Of a stretch of DNA of 64,000 nucleotides, positions 1 to 10,137 are shown piece by piece. Position 1 is the first letter of the stretch, and each line of letters opens with the position of its first letter. Origin of the DNA: an uncultured Chloroflexia bacterium (GTDB lineage Bacteria > Chloroflexota > Dehalococcoidia > DSTF01 > JALHUB01); the NCBI GenBank assembly GCA_963703345.1, contig OY969814.1, positions 960,001 to 1,024,000 of the forward strand, read 5' to 3'. A program made the position numbers and the translations under genes. The notes beneath the pieces were generated by a model that saw only the letters and a list, made by a program, of their open reading frames with translations, searched no databases and had not been told where the DNA came from.

Positions 1-1096
1 CGATATCGATGTCCTTCGTCTCGCGCATCAGCCGCGTCACCAGCGAGCCGCGGACAATCTCCTCCCAGCGGCTGGGCGCCGACTGACCCATCACAACCAT
101 CGTTGTCTTGTTGGCGTTGACGTACTTGATGATCTGCTCGCCGACGGAGTCACCCTCGAGCTCCTCGACCTGCCCCCCGAGACTACGGGCGAGCGCGAAG
201 ATATCGCGCAGCAGCGCCTCCTGCTTCGCGTTCGGCGCGCGTTCGGAGCTTCGCACGTAGAGGCAGATGAGCTCGCCTTCCATTCGCCGTGCCAGCCGGT
301 AGCCGCGCCGGACGAGCTTGAACGAGACCTCCCGCGGTGATACGCACACGACGACGCGGTCGCGGACGGCCTTCACCGGTCCTGCGCCCGCCGGCGTTGG
401 GACTAGCGCCTGGAGCTGCTGGTCGACGTCCATCGTCGTCTGGCGAAGGGCCAGCTCCCGCAGCGCGACTATGTTCCCCTTCTTGAAGAAGTTCCCGAGC
501 GCCTGCGGAATGCTCTGCCCCTGGTAGATGTCGCCGCGCTTCAGGCGGTTTATCACCGCGTCGGGAGTGAGGTCGACCAGCTCGATCTCGTCCGCCGAAT
601 CGACTACCCAGTCGGGCACGGTCTCGCGCACTCTTACGCCGGTTATGTCATGGACGGCGTCGTTCAGGCTCTCCAGGTGCTGGACGTTGACGGTGGTGAT
701 GATGTTGATGCCCGCGTCGCGCAGCTCTTCGATGCTCTGCCAGCGCTTCTCGTGAGCGGCGCCGGGGACGTTTGTGTGCGCGAGCTCGTCGATGAGGACC
801 CACTGCGGCCGGCGCTTCAGGACGGCGTCTGTGTCCAACTCGTAGAACGTGCGGCCGCGATACTGGATCGGTTTGAGCGGGATCTGCCCCAGCCCCTCGA
901 GTAGCTCCGCCGTCGCTGGCCGCCCGTGGGGCTCGATGAGCCCGACGACCACGTCCTCGCCGCGGGAGACGCGACGGTGCGCCTCGGCAAGCATCCGGTA
1001 CGTTTTCCCGACGCCCGGCACCGCTCCGAGAAAGACCTTCAGCTTGCCGCGCCCCGCGCGCTTCGTCTCGGCGGTTCTCTCCTGCTCGTCGGTCAT
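1..1096 (-). CDS. kdpD: KdpD N-terminal sensor domain + Usp domain (runs off left edge)
   Basis: Read manually on the minus strand: MTDEQERTAETKRAGRGKLKVFLGAVPGVGKTYRML..., LIDELAHTN, IELVDL, NFFKKGNIVALRELAL. Start overlaps the kdpC stop (ATGA). Confidence 0.9.
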   Translation of the reverse strand, partial: MTDEQERTAETKRAGRGKLKVFLGAVPGVGKTYRMLAEAHRRVSRGEDVVVGLIEPHGRPATAELLEGLGQIPLKPIQYRGRTFYELDTDAVLKRRPQWVLIDELAHTNVPGAAHEKRWQSIEELRDAGINIITTVNVQHLESLNDAVHDITGVRVRETVPDWVVDSADEIELVDLTPDAVINRLKRGDIYQGQSIPQALGNFFKKGNIVALRELALRQTTMDVDQQLQALVPTPAGAGPVKAVRDRVVVCVSPREVSFKLVRRGYRLARRMEGELICLYVRSSERAPNAKQEALLRDIFALARSLGGQVEELEGDSVGEQIIKYVNANKTTMVVMGQSAPSRWEEIVRGSLVTRLMRETKDIDI

Positions 1097-1680
1097 TGGG
1101 AACGGGCGCTGTCTGCCCTGTCCAGCGCCAGGTTCAACTCCAGCACATTGACGCGCTTCTCGCCCAGGAAGCCGAGATCGCGCCCCGCCGTGTTCTCTCG
1201 CACCAGCCGCATGACCTCATCTCTGTTCATATTGCGCGCCGCCGCTACCCGCGACGCCTGCGCCTCCGCGTTCGCTGGCGAGATGTCCGGATCGAGGCCG
1301 CTGGCGGAGGCAGTGACCATGTCGACCGGTATCTTGCCCATCTGAAGCCCCGGGTCCTCCGCCAGGACGTTCGCCACGTCGGCGCGAATCCGCTCGATCA
1401 GCGTAACATTTGTCGGGCCGAGGTTCGAGGCCCCGGACGACAGCGGGTCATAGCCATCGCCGGCCGCCGAGGGACGCGGATGGAAGTACTGCGGGCCGGA
1501 GAACTGCTGGCCGATGTACTTTGAGCCGACGACCTCCCCATCCTGGTTGACAAGGCTACCGTTCGCCTTGTCGTGAAAGGCAATCTGCGCCAGGCCCGTC
1601 ATCGCCAGCGGGTAAAGGATCCCCATGATCACCAGCGTGATGATTGCTAATTTGACCGCGATGAGCGTGCTTCTCCACAT
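1093..1680 (-). CDS. kdpC: K+-transporting ATPase subunit C
   Basis: ANGSL, IGQQF...YFHPRPSA, SGASNLGP, VTASASGLDPDIS and VNVLELNLALD motifs. Confidence 0.97.
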   Translation of the reverse strand: MWRSTLIAVKLAIITLVIMGILYPLAMTGLAQIAFHDKANGSLVNQDGEVVGSKYIGQQFSGPQYFHPRPSAAGDGYDPLSSGASNLGPTNVTLIERIRADVANVLAEDPGLQMGKIPVDMVTASASGLDPDISPANAEAQASRVAAARNMNRDEVMRLVRENTAGRDLGFLGEKRVNVLELNLALDRADSARSQ

Positions 1681-1690
1681 AGTTCTCGTC

Positions 1691-3793
1691 CTAGTTCATC
1701 ACGTGCAGCGCCACGAGAATAAGGTCGATTGCCTTGATGCCCAGGAATGGGATAACCAGCCCGCCGAAACCGTATACGAACAGGTTGCGTTGCAGGACGG
1801 CCGCCGCTCCCAACGGTCGGTACCTGACGCCCCGAAGCGCCAGCGGGATGAGCGCGACGATGATCGCGGCGTTGAAGACGACCGCCGAAAGGATGGCGCT
1901 GTGCGGCGAATGCAGGTGCATGATGTTCAGGTGTCGCAGCTCCGGATAAGTTCCGAGGAAGAGGGCGGGAATGACGGCAAAGTACTTCGACACGTCGTTG
2001 GCGATGCTGAAGGTGGTCAGGGCGCCGCGCGTCATCAGCAGTTGCTTGCCGATCTCGACGATCTCGATGAGCTTGGTGGGATTGGAGTCGAGGTCGACCA
2101 TGTTGCCGGCCTCTTTGGCGGCGATCGTTCCCGTGTTCATCGCCACGCCGACGTCGGCCTGGGCCAGCGCCGGCGCGTCGTTCGTGCCGTCGCCGGTCAT
2201 GGCGACCAGCTTCCCCTGGCCCTGCTCATTCCGGATCAGCTCCATCTTCTTTTCCGGAGTGGCCTGCGCCAGGTAGTCGTCAACGCCTGCTTCTTTCGCG
2301 ATGGCGGCGGCGGTGAGCGGGTTGTCGCCGGTGATCATCACCGTGCGGATGCCCATCCTCCGCAGTTGCTCGAAGCGGTCCCTGATGCCGCCCTTGACGA
2401 TGTCCTTCAGGTGGATCACGCCGATGATGTCTCTGTCGCGGGCCACGACCAGCGGTGTGCCCCCTGAGCGGGCCACGTTGCCGGCGATGAGGCTCAGGGT
2501 CGTTGGAATGATGCCACCCTGTCCCCGGCTCCATTCCTCGACGGCGTCGACCGCGCCCTTGCGAATCTGCTGCCCGTTCCAGTCGATGCCGCTCATTCGC
2601 GTCTGCGCGGAGAAGGGCACGAACGAGGCCTCCGACTCACTGATATGCCTGTCGCGGAATCCGAACTGCTTCGCCAGCACGACGATAGAGCGGCCCTCGG
2701 GCGTCTCATCGCTTAGCGATGCAAGCTGCGCCGCGTCGGCGACGTCCGCCTCGCTGTAGTCGCCGACTGGTATGAAGTCCGCCGCTTGCCGGTTGCCGAA
2801 GGTGATCGTTCCGGTCTTGTCGAGCAGCAGCGTGTTCACGTCACCCGCCGCCTCGACGGCGCGCCCCGACATAGCGAGCACGTTGTGCTGGACAAGCCGG
2901 TCCATCCCGGCTATGCCGATTGCCGAGAGAAGGCCGCCGATAGTCGTCGGCATCAGGCAGACGAGCAGCGCGATCAACACGGTGACCGACACGCCGGCGC
3001 CGGAGTAGATGGCGTAGGCTTGAAGCGTCAGCACCACCAGGACGAAGAGGAACGTGAGCCCCGCAAGGAGGATGTTGAGCGCAATCTCGTTCGGCGTTTT
3101 TTGCCGCGATGCGCCCTCCACGAGCGCGATCATGTGGTCCAGGAACGTCTGCCCCGGCTCCGACGAGATGCAGACCTTTATCTCGTCTGAGAGCACCCGC
3201 GTGCCGCCCGTCACAGCGCTGCGGTCGCCGCCGCTCTCGCGGATCACTGGCGCCGATTCGCCGGTAATGGCTGACTCATCGACGGAGGCGATACCCTCGA
3301 TCACCTCGCCGTCGCTGGGGATCATCTCGCCGGCGCAGACTTCGACGATGTCGCCCTTGCGCAGTTGGCTCGCCGGTACGACCTCCACCTTCCCGTCGAC
3401 CAGGCGGTTTGCCATCGTCTCCGTCTTCATCTTGCGCAGCGCGGCGGCCTGCGCCTTGCCGCGGCCCTCAGCGACCGCCTCCGCGAAGTTGGCGAAAAGC
3501 ACCGTCAGCCAGAGAAAGAAAGCTATCGCGCCGATGAAGCCGATGTCCGGCCCGCCTCGCACCAACGCCCGAATGAAATAGAACGTGGAAATGACGCTGC
3601 CGACCTCGGTCACGAACATGACCGGATTGTGCGCCATTGAGCGCGGGTGCAGCTTGCGGAACGCCTGCACCGCGCCCTCGCCGACGAGGGAAGAGAGCGG
3701 CACGGTCTGGCGCCGTCGCCGCTTCGACTCGCCGGCGTCCGGAGCGGGCGGCTCCGCGACACTGGTGCCCGGTTGCTCTGGATCTGCCATCAT
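1691..3793 (-). CDS. kdpB: K+-transporting P-type ATPase subunit B
   Basis: NPVMFV, TGES, DKTGT phosphorylation site and [16 protein letters not shown]. Confidence 0.98.
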   Translation of the reverse strand: MMADPEQPGTSVAEPPAPDAGESKRRRRQTVPLSSLVGEGAVQAFRKLHPRSMAHNPVMFVTEVGSVISTFYFIRALVRGGPDIGFIGAIAFFLWLTVLFANFAEAVAEGRGKAQAAALRKMKTETMANRLVDGKVEVVPASQLRKGDIVEVCAGEMIPSDGEVIEGIASVDESAITGESAPVIRESGGDRSAVTGGTRVLSDEIKVCISSEPGQTFLDHMIALVEGASRQKTPNEIALNILLAGLTFLFVLVVLTLQAYAIYSGAGVSVTVLIALLVCLMPTTIGGLLSAIGIAGMDRLVQHNVLAMSGRAVEAAGDVNTLLLDKTGTITFGNRQAADFIPVGDYSEADVADAAQLASLSDETPEGRSIVVLAKQFGFRDRHISESEASFVPFSAQTRMSGIDWNGQQIRKGAVDAVEEWSRGQGGIIPTTLSLIAGNVARSGGTPLVVARDRDIIGVIHLKDIVKGGIRDRFEQLRRMGIRTVMITGDNPLTAAAIAKEAGVDDYLAQATPEKKMELIRNEQGQGKLVAMTGDGTNDAPALAQADVGVAMNTGTIAAKEAGNMVDLDSNPTKLIEIVEIGKQLLMTRGALTTFSIANDVSKYFAVIPALFLGTYPELRHLNIMHLHSPHSAILSAVVFNAAIIVALIPLALRGVRYRPLGAAAVLQRNLFVYGFGGLVIPFLGIKAIDLILVALHVMN

Positions 3794-3800
3794 CTCTCCG

Positions 3801-5528
3801 TCAGAAGAGCGTCCCCGCCTGCATCAGATAGTGCTCCACAATCGGTCCCAGCGCGTACACCGGGAAGAACGTCAGCGCGCTGACGATGACGACCGCCGCC
3901 GCCATCAGGCCGATGAAAAGGCCGCCTGTCGTCGGGAAGGTGCCCGCCGACTCCGGTACCGGCGTCTTCTTCACCATCGTGCCGCCCACGGCAATCATCG
4001 GGACGAGCCATACGAAGCGGCCGATAAGCATCGCCAGTCCGAGCATGACGTTGTAGAAGACGCTTCCGGCGTTCAGACCGGCGAAGGCGCTGCCGTTGTT
4101 ACCGGTGGCTGACGTCGCCGCGTAAAGGACTTCCGAGAGGCCGTGCGGGCCGGCGTTCAGGATCCCCGAGACGCCGGGCCCCGCCGTCGCGGCGAGCGCG
4201 CTAAAGCCGAGGATGCTCGTCTCGTGAATGAGGATTGCGATCATTATCAGCTTCATCTCGGTCGATTCGATTTTCTTCCCCAGGTACTCCGGCGTACGGC
4301 CCACCATGAGTCCGGCGATGAACACGGCCAGCATCGCGAAGATGAGCATGAACATGATCCCCGTGCCGACGCCGCCGAAGATGTTCTCGCCGATGGCGAT
4401 GTTCAGCATCGCCGTCCCGCCGGCGAGCGGCGTCATACTGTCCATGGACGCGTTCACGGCGCCGTCGGAGGTGTCGGTGGTCGCGTTCGCGAACAGCGTG
4501 GAGCCGTAGGTGCCAAAGCGGACCTCCTTGCCCTCCATGCTGCCGCCCGCCTGGCCGGACGTCGCGGCCTGGGTCACGCCGGCGTTGGCGATGTTCGGGT
4601 TACCGACCTGGTCGCTCCAGGTCATTATGGTGAGCGAGAGGGCGAAGATTAGCGCCATCGCCGCGAAGAGCGCCCAACCCTGGCGCTGGTTGCCGGCATA
4701 GCGCCCGAAGGTGTAGGTGAGCGCCGCCGGAATCGAAAGGAAGACCACCACTTCGACGAAGTTGGTCAGCGGCGTCGGATTCTCGAATGGATGCGCTGAG
4801 TTGGCGTTGAAGAAGCCGCCGCCGTTCGTGCCGAGCAGCTTGACCGCCTCCTGCGACGCGACGGGGCCACGCGCTATCGTCTGCTTCACGCCCTCCAGCG
4901 TGTTGGCGACGGCCGGCCCGCCCAGAGTCTGGACCATCCCCGACGCCATGAAGAATATGCCGATGACGATCGCTCCGGGCAGGAGCACCCACAGGCAGGA
5001 ACGCGTCAGGTCGACCCAGAAGTTGCCGACGTTCTCGCCCGAGTGACGCGTCAGGCCGCGGATAAGCGCCATAGCCACGGCGATCCCCGTCCCCGCCGAC
5101 ACGAAGTTCTGCCAGGTGAACGCCGTCATCTGCGAGAAGTAGCTTGCGGCCGCCTCCGGCACGTACGACTGCCAGTTGGTGTTGGTGACAAAGCTCACTG
5201 CCGTGTTGAAGGCGAGATCGGAGCGCATGCCCGGCGCGTCAAGAGGGTTCCAGGGGTGGAAGTGCTGCAGGCGCAGGATCAGGTAGACGATGACGATGCC
5301 ACAGAAGTTGAACAGCAGCATGTCGATCGTGTAGCGCGTCCAGCGACATTCGTGTCGAGGGTTGACGCCGATGACCGTGTAGATGCGGTTCTCGACGGGT
5401 CGAAGAACGGGATCGAGGGGGGTCCATTCTCCGGAGAAGACGCGCGCCATGTACGCGCCCAGGGGACGGGTCAGCGCGGCAACGACGGCAAAGAAAACGA
5501 GGAACTGCAGGATTCCAAATGCGGACAC
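3801..5528 (-). CDS. kdpA: K+-transporting ATPase subunit A
   Basis: [47 protein letters not shown] and GNNGSAFAG. Confidence 0.98.
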   Translation of the reverse strand: MSAFGILQFLVFFAVVAALTRPLGAYMARVFSGEWTPLDPVLRPVENRIYTVIGVNPRHECRWTRYTIDMLLFNFCGIVIVYLILRLQHFHPWNPLDAPGMRSDLAFNTAVSFVTNTNWQSYVPEAAASYFSQMTAFTWQNFVSAGTGIAVAMALIRGLTRHSGENVGNFWVDLTRSCLWVLLPGAIVIGIFFMASGMVQTLGGPAVANTLEGVKQTIARGPVASQEAVKLLGTNGGGFFNANSAHPFENPTPLTNFVEVVVFLSIPAALTYTFGRYAGNQRQGWALFAAMALIFALSLTIMTWSDQVGNPNIANAGVTQAATSGQAGGSMEGKEVRFGTYGSTLFANATTDTSDGAVNASMDSMTPLAGGTAMLNIAIGENIFGGVGTGIMFMLIFAMLAVFIAGLMVGRTPEYLGKKIESTEMKLIMIAILIHETSILGFSALAATAGPGVSGILNAGPHGLSEVLYAATSATGNNGSAFAGLNAGSVFYNVMLGLAMLIGRFVWLVPMIAVGGTMVKKTPVPESAGTFPTTGGLFIGLMAAAVVIVSALTFFPVYALGPIVEHYLMQAGTLF

Positions 5529-5617
5529 TACAGCTTCTCAGGTCTCATAAGCGCATACAGCAGGTAGATCAGGACGAGGAAGGCAATGATCCCTACGATG
5601 AGGTACTCGAAATTCAT
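5528..5617 (-). CDS. kdpF: KdpF small membrane subunit (29 aa, below the ORF track cutoff)
   Basis: MNFEYLIVGIIAFLVLIYLLYALMRPEKL matches the YL.YAL..PEKF pattern of KdpF; its stop overlaps the kdpA GTG start. Confidence 0.92.
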   Translation of the reverse strand: MNFEYLIVGIIAFLVLIYLLYALMRPEKL

Positions 5618-5637
5618 CGCATCGCCCCCCGCGTGCT

Positions 5638-5721
5638 TTAGATGCGGTCAATCGCGAATACTAACACAACCGCGACCGCCATGAACGCTCCGGCGGTCAT
5701 AATCAAAATTATATCAGCCAT
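5638..5721 (-). CDS. Second small hydrophobic peptide of the kdp operon (27 aa)
   Basis: MADIILIMTAGAFMAVAVVLVFAIDRI: single TM helix, AAGGAG upstream, overlaps the stop of the preceding ORF. Confidence 0.7.
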   Translation of the reverse strand: MADIILIMTAGAFMAVAVVLVFAIDRI

Positions 5722-6016
5722 CGCACTGCTCCTTCGTCCAATCCGGTTGAATTGCCTCGTTCCTCTTGACGCGCAGGACGATCGCCGTCCCGCTGGTCCT
5801 TGTCTCCACGTCCAGGCAATATTCCTCCGTCAGCCGCCTCGCCATCGCGACCGCGAAGCGCGCGCCCTCGGCGTCGTCAACGCCGTGCGAAATCGTCACG
5901 CTTTCAATGACCGACGGATGCGTTGCGAGAAGCGCCTGGCAGGCTGCCCAAACGAGCGAGCGCAGCGTTTGTTGAGCCGTTTGCGCTGTTGCTATCCTGT
6001 CGCTGGTCATCGTCAC
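5714..6016 (-). CDS. Hypothetical protein, first gene of the kdp operon
   Basis: 100-aa ORF with a GGAGGT RBS, coupled to the downstream peptide ORF. Confidence 0.65.
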   Translation of the reverse strand: MTMTSDRIATAQTAQQTLRSLVWAACQALLATHPSVIESVTISHGVDDAEGARFAVAMARRLTEEYCLDVETRTSGTAIVLRVKRNEAIQPDWTKEQCDG

Positions 6017-6031
6017 ACCACCTCCAGCGTG

Positions 6032-6097
6032 ATTCTGGCATGCGAAAGGTCAACGCCGCCTAAACAAAGGTCGCGCTGCGCTCAAAATCGACTCAAT
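6032..6097 (-). promoter_or_regulatory. Putative kdp promoter with 11-bp phased boxes (candidate KdpE site)
   Basis: Minus strand ATTGAG-N5-TTTGAG-N16-TTTAGG, followed by a TGcCAGAAT extended -10-like element. Confidence 0.35.
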
Positions 6098-6280
6098 ATG
6101 GAGGGCTGTGATCGGGCGGCACGACCGGCTGGCCGCGTAGTCTGGCTGCCGCCTGTGCTTGACCCGCCAGCGGCCATTACGTAAAGTGGAGTCACTCCAA
6201 GGATAGGACGATCAGGAAACCGTTTCTTGTGTTGACGCGCGCCTAAGGTAAGAGCAGGGCTCGTCGAACGGAGCGTCATC

Positions 6281-7054
6281 TTGCGAGCAGGCCGATTCTC
6301 GACGAAGGGAAGTAGCTCAGGCCAGACAGCCAACGCAAGACTATGCTCGCTGATGAGTATAATCATCGCGATTGCGGTGGTCGCCATTGGCTGCGGTTCA
6401 TCGTCGAATGGCGCGCCCGCGACTCAAGCCCCTGTGACGACGGCGCCGACTGCCCCGGTAACTCCTAAGCCCGTCACGATCGCCGTCGGCGACAACCCCT
6501 CCAGGGGACCGGTTGACGCGAAGGTCACAATCGTCGAGTTCGCAGACTTCCAAGGTCCACATTGTGCGGGCTTCGCTTTGCAGACCCTGCCGCAGATACT
6601 GGCGAATTACGGTGACAAAGTCCGGTTCGTATTCCTGAACGATATTCTGGGGGGCAGCACATATTCCGAAAAGGCCGCGGAAGCCGGCGAATGCGCCAAG
6701 GCACAAGGGGCTTTCTGGCAATACCACGACTTGCTGTTCCAAAACCAGCAGACGCTTACTGGACTGACTACACCCGGTCCGACACCGGGAATCAGCAACG
6801 TGGTCGACAGCTTGAAGGGCTACGCGGGCCAGCTAGGTCTGGACACTGCCAAGTTCAACGAATGCGTTGACTCAGGACAGATGGCAGCCGCCTTGCTGGC
6901 GGATAGGCAGCTCGCAGACAAGGCCGTCCAAGATGCGGGCTTGAACTCGTTTCCGCTGCCGTCCTTCTTCATAAACGGCAACTACCTCAGCGGAGCCAAG
7001 CCGTATGACGTCTTCAGGCAACTGATTGACTCGGCCTTGGCGGCAGCTCAGTAG
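6281..7054 (+). CDS. DsbA/thioredoxin-fold lipoprotein with an atypical active site
   Basis: GPVDAKVTIVEFADFQGPHC, AAEAGECA..QGAFW.YHDLLF, PSFFING; lipobox-like AIGC; start uncertain. Confidence 0.85.
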   Translation: MRAGRFSTKGSSSGQTANARLCSLMSIIIAIAVVAIGCGSSSNGAPATQAPVTTAPTAPVTPKPVTIAVGDNPSRGPVDAKVTIVEFADFQGPHCAGFALQTLPQILANYGDKVRFVFLNDILGGSTYSEKAAEAGECAKAQGAFWQYHDLLFQNQQTLTGLTTPGPTPGISNVVDSLKGYAGQLGLDTAKFNECVDSGQMAAALLADRQLADKAVQDAGLNSFPLPSFFINGNYLSGAKPYDVFRQLIDSALAAAQ

Positions 7055-7964
7055 CGGCGTCCCTCTGACTGGGGCGACCAGGGCTCTCTCCAACTTCCTG
7101 TCATGCCCCGATTGCTGCGAGCGGTGCGCTGGATGTTGCGACGGTCGTCTTCGTCGCTGCCGCTACGCGATGTGCCCGATCCACGCCCGCTGGACTCGTC
7201 AACTTTCGCCTGCGAAAACGTTCGCGCTGCTTGGCGCGACGATCGCTTGCGGGGCTGGCCTGTTCGTCGTGCGGGAACGGCGGCGCCCAGCCAGTCCGCA
7301 GCAAATACTCACATTCGAATTCCAGCAGCAGGGTTACGTGTTGATTTCTTATGGAGATCGAAGTGAATTGGTTTCGCCGGCGTTCGTGTCGGGAGGCACG
7401 ACTTCTGTGGCCATCTCAGACTTCGCTGATGACAGCGTATGTTGGGTTGAGGATCCGAGTCATGAAACCTGGCGCCTGGACCTAGAGTCAGGGGGGATGC
7501 TTGACAGTGCCGCTGATCTACCCGGGGCAGCAGACGTCTCATCTCTATGTGGTCAAGGCACTGCCGCACCGCGTGTGAGCACACCTCCTCCAGAACCGCC
7601 GGTCTCGAATTTGCTTTCACTTCCATTTGATCGCTGCAAAGACGCTTCCTGGCTCATGGCGCCTTGGATAGAGGGACCCGAGGGATATGAAACCCTGGAT
7701 TGCAAACAGGTATCGATCGGCCTTGCCCGAGCCACCCTCTGGCTGTTTCGGCTCAACGGGCGCCTCGGAGTGGCCCTGATCGCTTTCGTTAGAGCTGCGT
7801 GGCTCACGGACGCCACCGGTTCCGCCGCCGGTTTTGACGGACTGTCTGGAGACTTCGCCTGCTGGCATGACTCCAGCGGCCGGGTCTTCGGCATCGACAT
7901 AATAGACGGCGCGCTCGAGGAGAGTCCTTCTGAATGCTCCGCTTTATCGGTCCCGCAGCCGTGA
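7026..7964 (+). CDS. Hypothetical membrane-anchored/secreted protein
   Basis: Long ORF with an N-terminal hydrophobic segment; true start probably downstream (~7170). Confidence 0.5.
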   Translation: MTRPWRQLSSGVPLTGATRALSNFLSCPDCCERCAGCCDGRLRRCRYAMCPIHARWTRQLSPAKTFALLGATIACGAGLFVVRERRRPASPQQILTFEFQQQGYVLISYGDRSELVSPAFVSGGTTSVAISDFADDSVCWVEDPSHETWRLDLESGGMLDSAADLPGAADVSSLCGQGTAAPRVSTPPPEPPVSNLLSLPFDRCKDASWLMAPWIEGPEGYETLDCKQVSIGLARATLWLFRLNGRLGVALIAFVRAAWLTDATGSAAGFDGLSGDFACWHDSSGRVFGIDIIDGALEESPSECSALSVPQP

Positions 7965-7985
7965 CTCGTGTCGTCGGAATCTCGT

Positions 7986-8051
7986 CGTAAGAGAAGCGCA
8001 AGGGAAGCGTATGCTTCCTGTCATGCAGCCTCTTCCTCTGAGCGATATAAT
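7986..8051 (+). promoter_or_regulatory. Four-box direct-repeat promoter, copy A
   Basis: CGTAAG-N5-CGCAAG-N5-CGTATG-N5-TGTCATG-N20-TATAAT. Confidence 0.75.
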
Positions 8052-8099
8052 CCTTTCGAAAGTTCGATTCCTCACGGAGACGGTGAAGGGAGGACGGCG

Positions 8100-10001
8100 A
8101 TGAGAGTCCCGCTGGCGTTCGCCTCACGCTGGCAGCGAGATGGTCTCCGGCTGCTCCCTCTGTCGGTGCTGGCGCTGATATCGCTCGCGCTGACGAGTTG
8201 CGGTGGCGGCCAGGGGACCACCCGCGCCTCGGGCCAGCCGACGGCTTCGGTCTCGTCGAATCTCGGCAAAGTGGCCTACGAACTCGACGGCTCGATCTAC
8301 GTGAAGTCGCTCCCCGACGATGAGGCGACTCGCATTACTGAGGGAACCGCGCCTCATTGGTCTCCGTCCGGCGAATGGCTGCTGTTCTCGCGCGATGGAG
8401 ACTCCTGGGTCGTGCGCGCCGATGGCTCGGACGAGGGGCTCCTTTCCGGGAACGAAGCCGTATGGTCACCGACAGAGGACCGCGTCGCTGAATACCAGGG
8501 GCCTATCGGCCGGAACCCCTCGACCTCACTCCTCGTCGAGTCGGCTGACGGGTCGATCAGACAGGAAGCGTGGCTCCTCGCGACGCCCTCGTCCGGCCCG
8601 ATATGGAGCCCGGACGGGAAGCGTCTCGCCTACAGCCAGGAGGGCGCCGTGCCTTGCAGCATGGCCCCCAACGGCGGAAACGGCAATCCTGTGCGACGGT
8701 CCAGCCTTTGTGTTGTGAACGCAGACAATACGCAGATGCCGCGGATATGGCCGATCGACCTCTACGACAGCACGACCGACGCCTCGCTTGTCGCCGGTTG
8801 GACCGCCGACGGCAGGTACGTCCTCTTCTGGGACGACATCCAGTTCTCGGCGTCGCTCATGGCCGATGGCACAACGCTGGAAGCAATCTCCGCCGGGGGT
8901 GGCGAACCGCGCTCGCTCTATCGGGGCCTGACGCGGCCGGGCATGGTGTCGCCGGCGGCGAGCGGCGCGATACTGGCGGTCGTGGAGGGCGGGGGGCGCG
9001 AGACCTGGACGGAGAAGCGCATCGCCCTGGTCAACGTCGACAGCGGCTCCGTGACCGAGCTTACTTCCACGGACATGGCGTCGCTGGAGCCGAGCTGGTC
9101 GCCGGACGGCCGGAGTATCGCCTTCGTTTCGCAGCCGGACAACAGGGAGGGGCTGGCGTCCGGTAAGATTCCCGAGCTTTCGCGGGACAGGCGGATATGG
9201 GTGATGAACAGCGGCGGCACTGCGCAGCGCCCGCTTACCGGCAACCCCGCCTATCGCGACGAGCGGCCGCTATGGTCGGCGGACGGCGCGCAGATACTGT
9301 TCGCGCGACTGGATGAAGACATGCGCGCGTCGCTGTGGCTCATGCCGTCGGACGGCGGCGAGCCGCGACAGATCGTCGATGCGTTTGGGCCCACGGCTGA
9401 CCTGGACTACTACGGCGCAATCGACTGGGGCAGCCTGTTCGACTGGTGGCGGCCGCCGACATCGGAGCAGGCGACGCCCGATCAGACTACGGATGTGACC
9501 GAGGTGCCAACCAGCGCTTCTCTCCGTCGCACCGGAATCGAAGGCGTGGATGCGGTGGTCGATGCCGTCCTTTCCGGCGATCCCGAAGCCCTTCGCTCTT
9601 TCGTCAGGTTCACTTCCATCGCCTGCACGACCAACCCCTTAGGGCTTGGCGGGCCGCCACTCTGCAGGCCGGGCGAGGCCGACGGTACGCTCGTTGATAC
9701 CTTTCCCATCGGTACCGTTGAAGGCTATTATCTGCCCGCGGACGAGATCGACGACTTCTTGCGTTCCCTCACCAGCTACGAGATTTCGCTTTATGCCGTG
9801 TATCTCGCGCCAGCGGACTCGTGGCTGCCGGGTGACTACGTGGCCCTGTGCTCAAGAGATATCCGGGGGACGGGTGTGATCGGTGAAGAACTGCTGATCA
9901 GCGATGGGCGGTTGGTCGGCGCAAAAGCTATTTACCAGGTGCCGCCGGAGCAGGTCGCGCAATACGAGCGCTTCGGCAAGGTGATACTCCCGCCGCCGTG
10001 A
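8100..10001 (+). CDS. TolB-like/PD40 beta-propeller lipoprotein with an extra C-terminal domain
   Basis: Repeated WSPDG/WSPSG/WSADG motifs; LTSC lipobox; GGAGG RBS before ATG 8100. Confidence 0.85.
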   Translation: MRVPLAFASRWQRDGLRLLPLSVLALISLALTSCGGGQGTTRASGQPTASVSSNLGKVAYELDGSIYVKSLPDDEATRITEGTAPHWSPSGEWLLFSRDGDSWVVRADGSDEGLLSGNEAVWSPTEDRVAEYQGPIGRNPSTSLLVESADGSIRQEAWLLATPSSGPIWSPDGKRLAYSQEGAVPCSMAPNGGNGNPVRRSSLCVVNADNTQMPRIWPIDLYDSTTDASLVAGWTADGRYVLFWDDIQFSASLMADGTTLEAISAGGGEPRSLYRGLTRPGMVSPAASGAILAVVEGGGRETWTEKRIALVNVDSGSVTELTSTDMASLEPSWSPDGRSIAFVSQPDNREGLASGKIPELSRDRRIWVMNSGGTAQRPLTGNPAYRDERPLWSADGAQILFARLDEDMRASLWLMPSDGGEPRQIVDAFGPTADLDYYGAIDWGSLFDWWRPPTSEQATPDQTTDVTEVPTSASLRRTGIEGVDAVVDAVLSGDPEALRSFVRFTSIACTTNPLGLGGPPLCRPGEADGTLVDTFPIGTVEGYYLPADEIDDFLRSLTSYEISLYAVYLAPADSWLPGDYVALCSRDIRGTGVIGEELLISDGRLVGAKAIYQVPPEQVAQYERFGKVILPPP

Positions 10002-10137
10002 GACTGGCGGCAGTCACGGGAGGTGCATGATGCGTCCCATAGCTCTCATCTTCGCGGTTGTCATGCAACCGGAGCGAGAGGGAATCGTCGTCGCCGTCTG
10101 CGGATCCGACGGCCAGTCCGGCTCCTTTGCTGTGCTC

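Noticed and set aside
6335-6363. CGCAAG...TATAAT resembling the four-box promoter
   Set aside because: Only one box, different spacing, and it lies inside the probable signal-peptide coding region of the DsbA-like gene.
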